Assembly (NCBI GenBank): GCA_030141605.1
Contig: JAQGDQ010000370.1
Coordinates: 83,029-147,028, forward strand
From: Tubiluchus corallicola
Taxonomy: Eukaryota; Animalia; Priapulida
Direction of reading: 5' to 3'
DNA length: 64,000 bases
The translations under genes were made by a program, and so were the position numbers. Numbering within the stretch: the stretch's first letter is position 1; each line of letters begins with the position of its first letter. This document shows positions 24,858-38,137 of this stretch, one piece after another. A model generated the notes under the pieces. It saw nothing but the letters and a program-made list of their open reading frames with translations. It did not search any database and was not told the DNA's origin.

Positions 24858-25011
24858 GTTCGCTTCCCTGCTGGGCAAAATCCTCAGCGAGCTGATGGTG
24901 GATGGGAGGACAAAGTACGACATATCCGGATTCAAGTTTAACAGAGAAGCGCTACAGAATCCAAGTAACAGATCAGCAGGGCTTGCGCACAAAGCGGCTT
25001 CAAAACTTTAG
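24858..25011 (+). CDS. Sarcosine oxidase-like, exon 10, ending in PTS1 SKL (spliced CDS 1209 nt, 402 aa)
   Basis: ttag|G; FASLLGKILSELMVDGRTKYDISGFKFNR...HKAASKL* (TAG 25009-25011). Confidence 0.94.
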
Positions 25012-25049
25012 TTTTGTCTTTTCATAATACTAGACTTAATGTAGTATGT

Positions 25050-25771
25050 CAGGGATGTGCAAATTATCTGACTAGCCGGGCCACTTTAAACTTTCCCGCA
25101 ATTCCTGCGGGCCACATGCAGTTTGATCAAGGAGCCAAGTACAGTAGGGCCTAACAACGATTTTTTTCATGCGACCTGCGTACATCATTAATACTACACT
25201 CAAGGAACTATTTTAGAAGTTATTAAAATTTATATTAAAAACCATATATTTCATTATGTCCGACAGTGACATTAAGTGACAACAGTCTTGTAAGGGTTAA
25301 TGCCATCCGACCTAGAGGAAAAAACTACCCGCACTATCTTTGCGATATTGGCGCAGACTTCAGCTGGATCGCGTGGGCCGCACTTTCATTACGTTGACAA
25401 ACCTCTTTTTTTGCATCCGACCTGCGTACATCATTACTACTACACTCAAGAAACTATTTTAGAAGTTATTAAAATTTATATTACAAACCATATATTTCTA
25501 CTTTCAGCACAGATAGTGGTAATTTCGTTACAATACATATTAGTAATGTATATCACACAGTCTGTGTAGTACAGTGACATTAAGCTACAACCGTCTTGTA
25601 AGGGTTAATGTTATCCGATCTAGTAGAAAAAACTACCCGCACTATCTTTGGGATCGTGGCACAGACTTCAGCTGGATACACTCAATCCATCGTCTGGGCC
25701 GCACTTTCATTAGGTTGACAAATCTCTTCGCGCACAAATTCTCTCGGCAGGCCGCAATTTGCACACCCCTG
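25050..25771 (+). mobile_element. hAT MITE family A, internally duplicated copy in 3' UTR
   Basis: TIRs plus TSD tagtatgt. The internal segment is present twice in two variant forms. Confidence 0.88.
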
Positions 25772-26399
25772 TAGTATGTGATCATTATGAGTAAATTTGA
25801 TTCTAAAAATATGACATATTTTGTGCACTTGCAGTGAAAATGTGAAGCTCTCGGTCAAGTTGACCATGCCAATCGATTAAATGTCGTGTTTAAACAATGA
25901 TTTCAAACCCTGATTGTGACGAGCCTATTACCTCGTTTGATAGTGGATGCATTAGCATCAAAACTATGTTATAATATGCATGCATTCATAAAAATAAAAG
26001 CTTTACGTGACAAAGTAATAAATATTTGAGTTCCATCATTTTGATTTGCAAAAAGTCAACATTAATCGACCAAAATGTAGATTTTACTTTTCATTGATTT
26101 CATAATTGATTAAAAAAGATGCAGAGGTTTCATATCATCATCAACAAATCAAAAAAATTATGCAGTGATTTGCAAAATCAATCGCGTTTAAAAAGATACA
26201 GAAGTTTTACATCATCAGCAGTGATTTTTTTATATGGTGGATAAATGTCGGAAAAATTATTTTCTCGCTATTGTTAAAATTTGCATAGCAAGTGTGTTTT
26301 TTTATAAACTTATTTATTTTCCATCACCTTTCATATACAGAACAAAACTGATTAACATACCTTAGGAATTAGTAAGTATTCCATTAGAAAATTGAGACA

Positions 26400-26750
26400 T
26401 TTATAATTAGATATAGATGCCTGTTTTAATAATGACAGTACGTCAAATGCAAAAGGTTAAATTTACGTTTACTGAATCGGCTTGAAGCTTTTATAAATTC
26501 CTGCATTAAATCAAAAATAGTTTTATTTTGGTCAAGATTGAAAAGTGAGTTGCCATGTAATAAAGTGTGGATCTTAGTTTCGATGTTTAATTTGCTAATA
26601 TTAACTGGGAGAAAATTTGAATCGTACAGGTTAAATAAACTTCGCACAAGCGCCTCCCCATTTCCTGGCGTGCAAAGGACATTCCAACAGATAGTCCTTA
26701 ATGTGTTCATAATGATAGTTGCACATATAATTAATGTTCGCCCTTCGAAT
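26400..26750 (-). mobile_element. LINE ORF2 C-terminal remnant
   Basis: LLHGNSLFNLDQNKTIFDLMQEFIKASSRF resembles LINE C-termini. A similar remnant lies on + at ~36850-37080 (LLFGKDEFNYVVNCKIFQCIHDFILRTNRF). Confidence 0.55.
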
Positions 26751-28259
26751 TGAAGATGACCATGACCTGTCATTACGACTTGTGCGTGACTTGGTTTAAA
26801 GTGAAGGAGGGATTGCACCAGGTTGCCCGCCTCACTCTCTCCGGGCCGAGCCAGTACATCTGGTACTTCAGGCGACGCAGGAGTTGTCGGAATCATGGTG
26901 CTATGCAACATGACCCGCCTATAGGGAGTCCAGCTCCGGATTTTTCCTTGGAGTTTACTCCCGAAGCCTTTCTCGCGGAGGGCATAGTCACAAGGCGGTG
27001 GAGGTTTGTGATCAGTGTTTTCCTTTATCTAGATGGATTGCCGGCCATTAGCCCCCTCTATCCCTACATATAATTACTACTGCTAACGGGAGCGGTATAA
27101 CAAGATTCGACTATATAAGTAAAGAATTTTTTTTGTAACTTTTTTTACTAACTGACTGCAATGTCTCCAAAAGTTCCTTTATTACTGAATATTAGTATCA
27201 CAGTTTGTGGTATTTCATTTTCACGTTATCAAGTCTGCATTTAACAAATAAATATCAAACAGAAATGCAATTGTGTTTTTTTATGATTTTTATTATTTTT
27301 AGCCGCATGTGGGCACTGATAGAAACTGTGTGAAGATGTCCGACGGTTAATATTAAAGTTAACCAAAAAAATAATAGTACAAAATTACACGCGACTCTTG
27401 CGCCTCTCTCTGCCGTCGACGCTGCAGCATTTGCGAAACCGACGACGCGCAGAAAGAGGCTACAGTCTGATTGCCAATAGGCATTCCTAGAAAAGTAGAC
27501 TGCACAGCGCTGGCATTACGAGATCGTGCTGAACAGTCGGTCGAAAAGCAGCCGACAAGCAGATGTAAAATTTCGAGTGCTGGTGGATGCAGAACGCGCA
27601 CAGACATGTTTAGCACGTCGCAATGCCAGCCCGGAGCAGACACAAGTACCACCGAGGGGTAGGTAACGATGTTATTTATTTATAAGATCTTAGATTTATG
27701 CATAAACAGCGGTTTGTACGAACTCCGCCACACCGCAAGTCAGCTGACAAGAAAAAGACGTACCATTTGAGTACTAGAACACATTGCAGCTCTCAAAACT
27801 GAAACAATACTGCAATTACTTCATTAAGTGGTGATATAAATACAGTGTGCCATCTGTAAACTGCGTTCATATAAAATGGTCACTACACATTGCATTTTTG
27901 GCTTTAGAGAAAACTTTACATATAGATAGGGCAGTAAACATTGCATTTTTGCATTCAGGTTTAAAAAATTTTCCGCCTGCCCGTCTCTCTGTTCTTCTTG
28001 CCAGCTGATAACGGGTTTCCACTAAATTACTCTCTGAGTATGCTAGCTGTTTACATGTTTACAAGTTGTTTTGAAACTGCGAGTGCCGCTACGCACCGCG
28101 TTAGGTGTGCGGCTTAGGCCGCAACGTCCGCACGGAAACGATGATGGCGTTGCTCCCGTGCGGTGTGAAACGATGAAAGTTTTCACCGCATTTCTGATGA
28201 TGTACGTAAATTGACAGTGAAAGTGCAGTCAGGCGTAGAGCGTAACAGATATAAATTGC

Positions 28260-28665
28260 CTCCCGCACAGCGCAAGCAGGTGACCGCTGCACACGCTGCA
28301 CATATGCACGCAGAGCGCAAGCAGGTGACAACTGCACACACTGCATGTATCCCGCACAGCGCAAGCAGGTGACCACTGCACATGCTGCACGTATCCCGCA
28401 CAGCGCAAGCAGGCGACCACTGCACACGCTGCACGTATGCACGCACAGTGCAAGCAGGTGACCACTGCACACACTGCACGTATCCCGCACAGCGCAAGCA
28501 GGTGACCACTGCACACACTGCACGTATACCGCACCGCGCAAGCAGGTGACCACTGCACACGCTGCACATATCCCGCACAGCGCCAGCAGGTGTCCACTGC
28601 ACACGCTGTACGTATGCACGCACAGCGCAAGCAGGTGACCACTGCACACGCTGTACGTATGCAAA
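28260..28665. repeat. GC-rich minisatellite, ~40-45-bp unit x ~9-10
   Basis: cgcacagcgcaagcaggtgaccactgcacacgctgcacgtatcc repeated. Confidence 0.95.
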
Positions 28666-29987
28666 CTATAGATGTTCCACTCGCGCGACTGAAAGCTTTC
28701 ACGATGCAAGATTTGGTCGAGGTGCAGCTAAAACCGAGTGCATAGCTGCTGTCCCCTGCCGCCCGTAGAAATTCCCCCGTCGGAATACGGCCAAAGTACA
28801 GTACAAGCTCAAAACAATTCTACTACGAGTAGTAAGGAGCACACTTTCCTAAACCAGTGAAACAGGTCAAATGTACTGCGAGCATAGAACTTCAACAATA
28901 CTGGTACTGCAAACGCATTTTCTTAAACAAAGTAGCAAACATGTGCTTTTCTAAACCACGCAATCGTTTTCACTGGGCTAAGTGAGTACACATCCTCACT
29001 ACTCCTACAGTGCTTACACATAATACATATACGAGTGATAAAGGACACACAATTCATGCAGACCGAGGAGAAATAGTTCTGAGTATATACAAGTAAATAA
29101 GACCCCCAAAAATACGACTCTAAAAAACTCGTGCGCGAGTTAAAGATAATCAAGTACCAAACTACAACAGCAATAATAATAATCATCATCATAGTTACAT
29201 TTAACTAACGGGTACAAAAATATTACGGTACTCAAAGAGGACAAAACTTATTCGAGTTGCAAAACTAAGAAAAACTTAAACGGCGTTTAAGCTCACGTAC
29301 GCATAAAGTGAAGAATAATTCATTAAACACACTTTCAGATTTAAACAAGAATTAATGTCCAAACGGCAACAACAAGTCTAGTCTAGTTTTGCAATCAATT
29401 TGCTGGAGTGAGACCATTAGAGCGTAACAGCATGGCAATAAGGTCTACATACACTACTGTCTCATAGATTAACTTGTCACATATCGATAAGCAAAAAAAA
29501 AAAACATACACTATTAACAAAGTTATTAAAACAAAGTAAAATTAACGAGAAAACTAGAAATTGTGCAAAAGAAGAACCGAACGAACGATTAACAAAAGAA
29601 GAACCGAACGAATGATTAACAAAAATGCAACAGAATAAAAAAAACGCGAAGAACGTGAATAAAGAAACTAAGTTTAAAAGTCTTTGGCATAAATGTTCGT
29701 CAATAAGCAAGCGCACTCTCTGGCACATAATAAACAAGTGGCTGTCGGAGGCAATTAAAAATCTCTCGATGCCAGTAAGCAAATCACAAAATGAAATGAC
29801 GGTATCAACACTGGAGGAATCAGTCTAATGAAAAACACCATCTCTACCACGGCAAATCTATCCGGACCAGAAAATCGAGCAAATATGTGTGTAACCCAGA
29901 ACTAGGCGGTCGGCCGGTCAAAACACAAACGCAACAAAAAACAGAGCTGTTTCCCCAAGGTCTGTCATAATCTCACGGCTAATGAGC

Positions 29988-30056
29988 CTACGGTTCGGCG
30001 TTTGACAATGCCTTCGCGTCGGTGCCTTCCTCTCTGCTGCCGGTCTTCACCTCAAC
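29988..30056 (-). CDS. YBX1: Y-box protein, coding exon 9 (stop)
   Basis: ctag|GTT; VEVKTGSREEGTDAKALSNAEP*. Phase 0 matches the previous donor. Confidence 0.75.
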   Translation of the reverse strand, partial: VEVKTGSREEGTDAKALSNAEP

Positions 30057-30257
30057 CTAGAAAATGAGAAACAGTCAACGGCGGAAAACTGAAATCGCAA
30101 TTCCCCCCAAAATAGAAAAACGTAACAAACGTTATAAACAAACATAACAAATAAAGCGACAAAAGTAATGCATGTACTGCACCGCAATGTGATCCCTGAG
30201 ACACAACACTTCAATTAATTATAAACACTAATTACAGATGGCAAAATAGTACAAGTG

Positions 30258-30570
30258 GTAACCGATGAATAGCTAAAACCGATAAATGGTTAAAACCGTT
30301 AAATAGTTAAAACCGATGTATAGTTAAAACCGATAAATGGTTAAAACCAATGAATGGTTGAAACCTACGAATGGCTAAAACCGATGAATGGCTAAAACCA
30401 ATGAATGGTTGAAACCTACGAATGGCTAAAACCGATGAATGGCTAAAACCGATGAATGGTTAAAACTGATGAATGGTTAAAACTGATGAATGGTTAAATC
30501 TATAAATGGTTAAAACCGATGAATGGTTAAACCTATAAATGGTTAAAACCGATGAATGGCTAAAACTGAT
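30258..30570. repeat. Minisatellite, ~19-bp unit (ttaaaaccgatgaatgg)
   Basis: Directly visible. Confidence 0.9.
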
Positions 30571-30595
30571 ACTAAACGTAAAGGACAGAGCGTAC

Positions 30596-30714
30596 CGGAG
30601 CGTCGCCACTTTCTGGCTCGGGTCGATTCTCCTTGTCGTCGTTGCGCGGCTTCCTAGGACGTTGAGGGCGAGGACCGCGGCGGCGACGCTGACGTTGTCC
30701 ACCACTGCCACCAC
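30596..30714 (-). CDS. YBX1: Y-box protein, exon 8
   Basis: GGSGGQRQRRRRGPRPQRPRKPRNDDKENRPEPESGDAP; AG/GT flanks, phase 1-0. Confidence 0.85.
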
Positions 30715-31228
30715 CTAAACAAAACTTTGTCGATTGTAGTTATGTTGACTAGCAAGGAAAACTATGCTTACAAGGTTGCAAACTAAAGCAGCACACATGC
30801 AAATTACACAATGGTTACATTTTTTACTTTAGCACTGTTACAAAGAACGCTGAACATGTTACAAGTATTCTGAAACATATGAACTAAAGAGACCATTTGA
30901 TCAATGCATTGTGACATAGATGAAAAGCCAAACTTGAGTACTAACAGAATCAATTTCATTTTGAGTAGAATCTTTTGCCACTACCACCACCTAAATAAAA
31001 CTTTATCGATTGTGGTTATGTTCACCAGCAAGGAAAAACCATGCGTACAAGATTCCAAACTAAAGCAGCATAAATGTTACTTACACAATTGTTACATTTT
31101 TTGCTTTAGCACTGTTACACAGAACGCTCAACATGTTACAAAAATTCTGATACATATAAACTTAAGGGACCACTTAATCAATGCATTGTGACATAGACGG
31201 AGAACCAAACTTGAGTACTAACAGAATT
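30700..31228. repeat. ~277-bp tandem duplication that includes the exon-8 acceptor
   Basis: 30700-30950 resembles 30977-31228. Confidence 0.85.
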
Positions 31229-31346
31229 GATGACCTCAATGGTGTTGAAAGTATCTGATCTAGCGGTGACCTCAATAGTGTTGAAAGTATGCGATCTAGC
31301 AGTGACTGGAGAAGCTACTCTACACTTTCCTTAACACAATACCTAC

Positions 31347-31533
31347 CTCCTTCTCCACTTTCCTGGTTCTCTTTGTTCTCACTCTCTCCGCCACTCTGCT
31401 GATCGCCCTCTGGAGGTCGGGGACGGCGACGCCTGCGGCCGCCGAATCTTCGATAATAGGAACGGCGAGGAGGGCGATTGCCACCTTCGCCACCTCCCTC
31501 GGAATCTCCGCCTTCCGGCTTATCGCCAGCTCC
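31347..31533 (-). CDS. YBX1: Y-box protein, exon 7
   Basis: GAGDKPEGGDSEGGGEGGNRPPRRSYYRRFGGRRRRRPRPPEGDQQ...: alternating acidic and basic blocks. Confidence 0.88.
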
Positions 31534-31649
31534 CTGCAGGAAACGTTTTTGCATAAATTTTGGTTCTATACCAAAAAAGACGTGTACACAAACGTAACCA
31601 CACAATCGTACTTAGAAGTACTTCGAAGCCGAAACAATACCTATTTTAA

Positions 31650-31945
31650 AATAATGATAATAATAACAATAATAATAATAAAAATAATAATAATCTTTAT
31701 TTAAAGTCGGCTTTTGGGTCAACAATTAACATTAGCTCAAAGAGCTATTATCGCCGACTGTAAATAACAAGCTACAATTACATAACAGAGACTATTATTA
31801 GCCCACTTTTACCCTAAATACCACGCGTCGGGCAGGGCAGCAGAGGGTACCATTTTTAAAGTCTTTGGTATGACCCGGCCGCTGGTTCGAACTCTCGACC
31901 TCCCAGACGGAAAGCAGACGCATTACCACTAGACTAAACCGTCTG
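31650..31945 (-). mobile_element. tRNA-derived SINE (Meta-domain-like core)
   Basis: Minus strand: A box (tagtctagtggtaatgcg), B box (gagttcgaacc), core ggtcataccaaagactttaaaaatggtacc, aataaa and (tat)n tail. Confidence 0.75.
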
Positions 31946-32140
31946 GTCTGAACAAAATAAGGAGAAATTTATTGAGAAATTAGCTCAAATGTTTCTCGTC
32001 AACAGTTTACGTACAGCGTGCACCGATGTCAAGCCGACGTGTCCCCACAAGCATAACTACTTGGTTAGATTAGATTAGATTTGATTTATTCAATCCTAAT
32101 ATACAACTGTACATATACAAAAAAGTCTTACGAATATTAT

Positions 32141-32676
32141 CAGGGATGAGAATGACAAATTGCAAAAAACTCTGAAACAGGCCGGGGTTTTTGGGGCTGC
32201 TTAGGCCTGCAATGGGGTTGAGGGGTAAAGTCCCCATGGGGGTTCAACGGGGCGAAGCAACAAATAGCAATTTTGTGACCATAAAGAGCCTCTAAGTGGA
32301 CTTAAAATATAAATTACCTTGTTTCATGCATAATTTAAAATACCCAACTATCAAGGATACATGATGCCTAATTGTCTCAAAAACGAACAAGTACTGGCCG
32401 CTCCTATGCAAAAGTATATAAAAACTGTCTGCAATTGACTCAAATAACTCCGCATAATTGATTCTATATTTTTATACATAGAGATATACACGTGGCTACA
32501 CTGATGTATGTGATGTAAACAAAGTGACGGCCTGCCAACTAGCGGTCAGCTTGTGAAATAATGTACTGGGTCCGTAAAAATTTTCTCAACGAATTCACGC
32601 GATTTACAAAAATGGCACTATACTGGTCTTCCAAAAATTCAGAATTCCGCGTTTCCGGGGAAAATCCTCATCCCTG
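32141..32676 (+). mobile_element. hAT-like MITE family B
   Basis: TIR CAGGGATGAG(A)AT. Copies at 36096, 37566 (partial), 56997 and 62984. Confidence 0.85.
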
Positions 32677-32699
32677 TATGATTAGCTTTTAGGAAGGGA

Positions 32700-32990
32700 G
32701 AAAGCCGCCAGGCACGAACGCACTTACGGTGCCGCACATTAATCAGTTATTTTTACTAAATTTACAAAAAAGGATTAAAAAGAAACATAAGTAGTTTAAA
32801 TGAAAAAGAACGTAAGTTGTTAGCATTAATAATCTCCGACGGTAAACCGTTCCACATATCGATCATCCTGTTTGCAAAAGAGTGTTTGAAAACATCAGTA
32901 CGACAATAATTTTTGTTCAAGTTGTAACTATGGCCCCTTAATCCGAGACTAGGCATGTAAGTAAAAAAAATTGTTAAAACTTATGTCTAT
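32700..32990 (-). mobile_element. CR1-clade LINE 3' fragment
   Basis: LRGHSYNLNKNYCRTDVFKHSFANRMIDMWNGLPSEII is typical of the CR1 ORF2 C-terminus. Confidence 0.75.
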
Positions 32991-33522
32991 AAGTGTATGG
33001 CGAATTAGCTGAACATTTGCGTTTGTCCACAAAAAATAGCATATCATTGTTTCCACGTAGAGAACACGCTAGCACGTTAACAACTTCTGATAAGAAATAA
33101 ATTAAGTTTAAATTAAACCTAAATTGTGTTACAGTGTAAAATGTAGTGTGCTAATCCATGTTTTCCATGCGGAACGTCTCAGTCGAGTCGATAATAAATA
33201 AACTAATGTTGTTTGGTTTTACGAGCTAAGTTCACATTTATCGGAGACCTTTTTAGATTTAGATTTAATGTTTTATTTCAAACTTCACAAAGTTCATATG
33301 CACATCACAAATTAATACAAATAATACAATAAATCATGGCACACAACAATAATATAACAAACTACGCCAATGACGTCTAATTACAGAAGTAAAGTTTACG
33401 TCACTGTTTAAAATGTTCTTGCATATAAAATTTTCACTTTTATTCAGATTGACGTGTAAACTGTATGCACATTTTCTGTGAATCACATCAAAATAAACAA
33501 GATTAAGTCTAGCAAAATTTGG

Positions 33523-34584
<1,062 letters not shown>

Positions 34585-34619
34585 GCAGTATGTTCGCAAA
34601 CAAGAAATTGACAGCTTAC

Positions 34620-34784
34620 CTCACCATCATCCTCCTTGGGTGGTGGGCGCGGTCTGCGTACGAATCGGCGACGGTAAGGACGGCCTCTACGAGGAGGAGG
34701 GCCACGGGATCGCCGCTGATCGGCGTCTCCTTCGCTCGTTGCTCCCTCTTCGCCGCTATGCTCTATATCATCCACATCCCCATT
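34620..34784 (-). CDS. YBX1: Y-box protein, exon 6
   Basis: NGDVDDIEHSGEEGATSEGDADQRRSRGPPPRRGRPYRRRFVRRPRPPPKEDDGE|gtaag. Confidence 0.9.
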
Positions 34785-34964
34785 CTGAACACGACCAAGA
34801 CAAAGTTTGTAAATTTCATAATGTTGATTTAGTTACAACAGCAAAGCAAGTTATAAATTTATGAATTGTACTCAAGGTTGGAATAGGCTCATGTTAAAAT
34901 TAAATTCATAATAAAGAAATACAAATTTAATTATGGAAAAGGAATACAGTGGACGTCTGAGATG

Positions 34965-35315
34965 TGCATGTGAACATGGCTTTATCTAGAACAGACTAGT
35001 ATTCTGACCTTGTGTTTTTAAAAGCTAATGGTCACTTGCACACCTGAGCTTACAAAAAAGGAAGGTCTGCTTTAGATCCTTGTCATGTGAACGTAGCTTT
35101 ATCTAGAACAGACTAGTATTCTGACCTTGTGTTTTTAAAAGCTAATAGTCACTTGTACACCTGCGCTTACAAAAAGGAAGGTCTGCTTTAGATCCTTGTC
35201 ATGTGAACGTAGCTTTATCTAGAACAGACTAGTATTCTGACCTTGTGTTTTTAAAAGCTAATGGTCACTTGTACACCTGAGCTTACAAAAAAGGAAGGTC
35301 TACTGTAGATCCTTC
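34965..35315. repeat. Tandem repeat, ~117-bp unit x 3
   Basis: catgtgaac...ggaaggtctgctttagatcctt occurs three times. Confidence 0.92.
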
Positions 35316-36095
35316 TCCGTGGTCGGTGTTATTTAATGCAGCGTGCCTCTTCCGGCTCTGTTGACAGGCTTTGCCGCAAACGGATCGGTTAAGTCTTTTC
35401 TTCTAGGCTCGACATTAAATTTGAGTAAGCTGATTGTTCTTACTTAGGAAAGTGCAGTTGTGCTTAATAATAAATTGTCATTTCAACTCAATGATTCCAA
35501 TTTTGTTTTAGTTAATACGTTTGATTAGCCTAATCAAAAACATACAGCATAATATAGGCCGTTATGAATGGATGGCAGTCCAATATCATTACATTACTTC
35601 AAATACACATTTGTTACACAGGATCAATTTGGTCAAAGACAATAAACTCAATAAGAGAGTAAAAATCCAAATTTAAACCAGCGAAAATTTCAAAAAATGT
35701 GGGCAAGATTCTGTCACTGGATCGTGCCAGGAACTTCATACAGTTCACGTTTCTCAACTTGAGATTCAAACGTGAGGACTTCGTCACTCACATACTCAGT
35801 AATCACATTCCTGCGTTGCTGTTACTTGGCCGTCACAAGTTAACCAAAAAACAAACGCAGCAGTGATAAAGCGAGAATCACAAACAGGCCGATGTCTTTG
35901 TTTGTGCTCAAATCACCGTGTTACAGTCATAATGAGTCCCGTAGACATCGTTACTCCCATTCACAAATCCTGTACAACTGGTATTCTTAGCCTACAGTCA
36001 CAAGTGCTCAAATCACGGCTGCACTTGCCCTATACATTCATGTGGGTAGGACTATACAACAGGATTGGCAGTAGTGTAGGTCTACAGGAGGAAAG

Positions 36096-36580
36096 CAGGG
36101 ATGAGAATGACAAATTGCAAAAGACTCTGAAACAGGCCGGGGGTTTGGGGGGCGTGTAGGAGCCCCCTTGGAGCCAGCAACAAATTGCAATTTTGTGACC
36201 ACAGAGAGCCCCTAAGAGGACTTGAAATATCAGTTACCTTGTTTCATACCCAACTATCAAGGATACATGATACCTAATTGTCTCAAAAATGCCTAAGTAC
36301 TGGCCGCTCCTATGCAAAAGTATATAAAAACTGTCTGCAATTGACTCAAATAAATCCGCACAATTGATTCTATATTTTAATACATAGAGATATACACGTG
36401 GTTACACTGATGTACATGATGTAAACAAAGTGACGGCCTGCCAACTAGCGGTCAGCTTGTGAAATAACGTACTGGGTCCGTAAAAATTTTCTCAACGAAT
36501 TTACACGATTTACAAAAATGGCACTACTGGTCTTCCAGAAACTCGGAATTCCGCGTATCCGCGGAAAATTCTCATCCCTG
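36096..36580 (+). mobile_element. hAT-like MITE family B
   Basis: TIRs cagggatgagaat / attctcatccctg. Confidence 0.85.
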
Positions 36581-37323
36581 CAAGTGCTCAAATCGGCAGT
36601 AGTGTAGGTCTACAGGAGGACAGCAAATTACTTCGCTGCTTCGATTCTAATGCTCGTGAGTACTGTATTTCGCAAGAACTCGAAAACTCCAGCTACAAGT
36701 TATCAGAGGAAAATCGGGCAGACAACTAACTGAATTATTCCTCATCGCATTATTGCTATTACCACACATTTTCATGTATCTATTACAACTCTCACCCACT
36801 CTCAAATCCCATTTAAGTTTTTCGTTGCGTAAGAAACATTTTTCATTTGGTAAACCTCCAATATCAGTGCATCACACGCGCATGAGAATCGGATTTTCTC
36901 AGCTAAACTATGAGAAATGCTAAACTCAGCCTGAAAACCTTGATATAGCTGCTTTAGGAACTAATGATCTGTTGAAGTTGTTACTGTTCGGAAAAGATGA
37001 ATTTAACTATGTTGTTAACTGTAAAATATTCCAATGCATACATGACTTTATATTACGTACTAATCGCTTCCAGTAGTTTCTATCTGATATGAAATGCATC
37101 AGTCTTAAATATTCATACGTTAATATTTTCTAACCGTCATTTTCTACTAATGTCTAATGTATTCTTGTAGTAAAACTTGTCAGCTTGTGTAGTTATAGTC
37201 TATTCTTACTGTAAATGTTCTTGTAAATAGTGTATAAAGTCTGCTGTGGTGAGGATCCTAAATCATGTTGTTCAAACTGTCTGATCCAATCCTGTAACAA
37301 ATTACGTTTAAACTAAGTCTCAC

Positions 37324-37455
37324 CTGCATGGGTGGTCTCCGGCGACGTCGAGGCTGAAATCGCCTCTGGTCTCTAAATCTGCGCCGATCGGCGGCATACT
37401 TACTGCCTTTGACTGGAGCTCCATCTGGGCCAGTTACGTTTGCTGCCTCGTTGCC
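37324..37455 (-). CDS. YBX1: Y-box protein, exon 5
   Basis: [28 protein letters not shown]...: end of the CSD plus the Y-box-specific GSKYAADR. Confidence 0.95.
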
Positions 37456-37752
37456 CTGAAAGAAAGAGTCGGTTATATACCACGAGATGGGTAATGTAGT
37501 AGTGCATAAAAAATAACAATTGAAATTAACTAAATTTAACAAACAAAAAAACTATTTACTATATGCCTGCCAACTAGCGCTCAGCTTGTGAAATAATGTA
37601 CTGGGTCCGTAAAAATTTTCTCAATGAATTTACGCGATTTACAAAAACGGCACTACTGGTCTTCCACAAACTCGGAATTCCGCGTATCCGCGGAAAATTC
37701 TCATCCCTGGACATTAAATGCTGAGAATAAGAAAGTGACGCGAGCAACAAAC

Positions 37753-37842
37753 CTTGTCTCCCTCCACTACGTCAAACTCTACGATCTCTCCGTCACCCAC
37801 GCTGCGTAGGTACTTGCGCGGGTTGTTCTTAATGATAGCCGT
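37753..37842 (-). CDS. YBX1: Y-box protein, exon 4 (90 nt)
   Basis: [30 protein letters not shown]. Confidence 0.96.
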
Positions 37843-38137
37843 CTGAAAAAGCAATAAACATAAACAGCTAGCTCCTGCAATGACACATGGGGTTTCGTAA
37901 AGTGACCTTCCTGCCTTAAAAACCTAGGCATGTTTGTCAGCCTAGTTTAGTTTTAACCATTCTGTAACGACCGCAGAAATTAGAAATTAATTTATCCGCC
38001 TGCCGTCTTATTTAAAATTTCCACACACCACATTACTGTGACTTCGAAAACAAAGGCTTAATGCATACTGAATGCCAGCATCTAATTCTAACTTTAAAAT
38101 AAAAGTTCTCGAAATTTTTTAGAATTCGAATGCAAAC

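Noticed and set aside
26426-27073. 161-aa and 107-aa ORFs
   Set aside because: Appear to span adjacent retroelement remnants; no coherent domain.
28101-28709. Cys-rich metallothionein/keratin-like ORFs
   Set aside because: Open in all three minus frames because of the tandem repeat; no splice or homology support.
31870-31945. tRNA gene
   Set aside because: A/B boxes are present but continue into a SINE core and tail without a complete cloverleaf.
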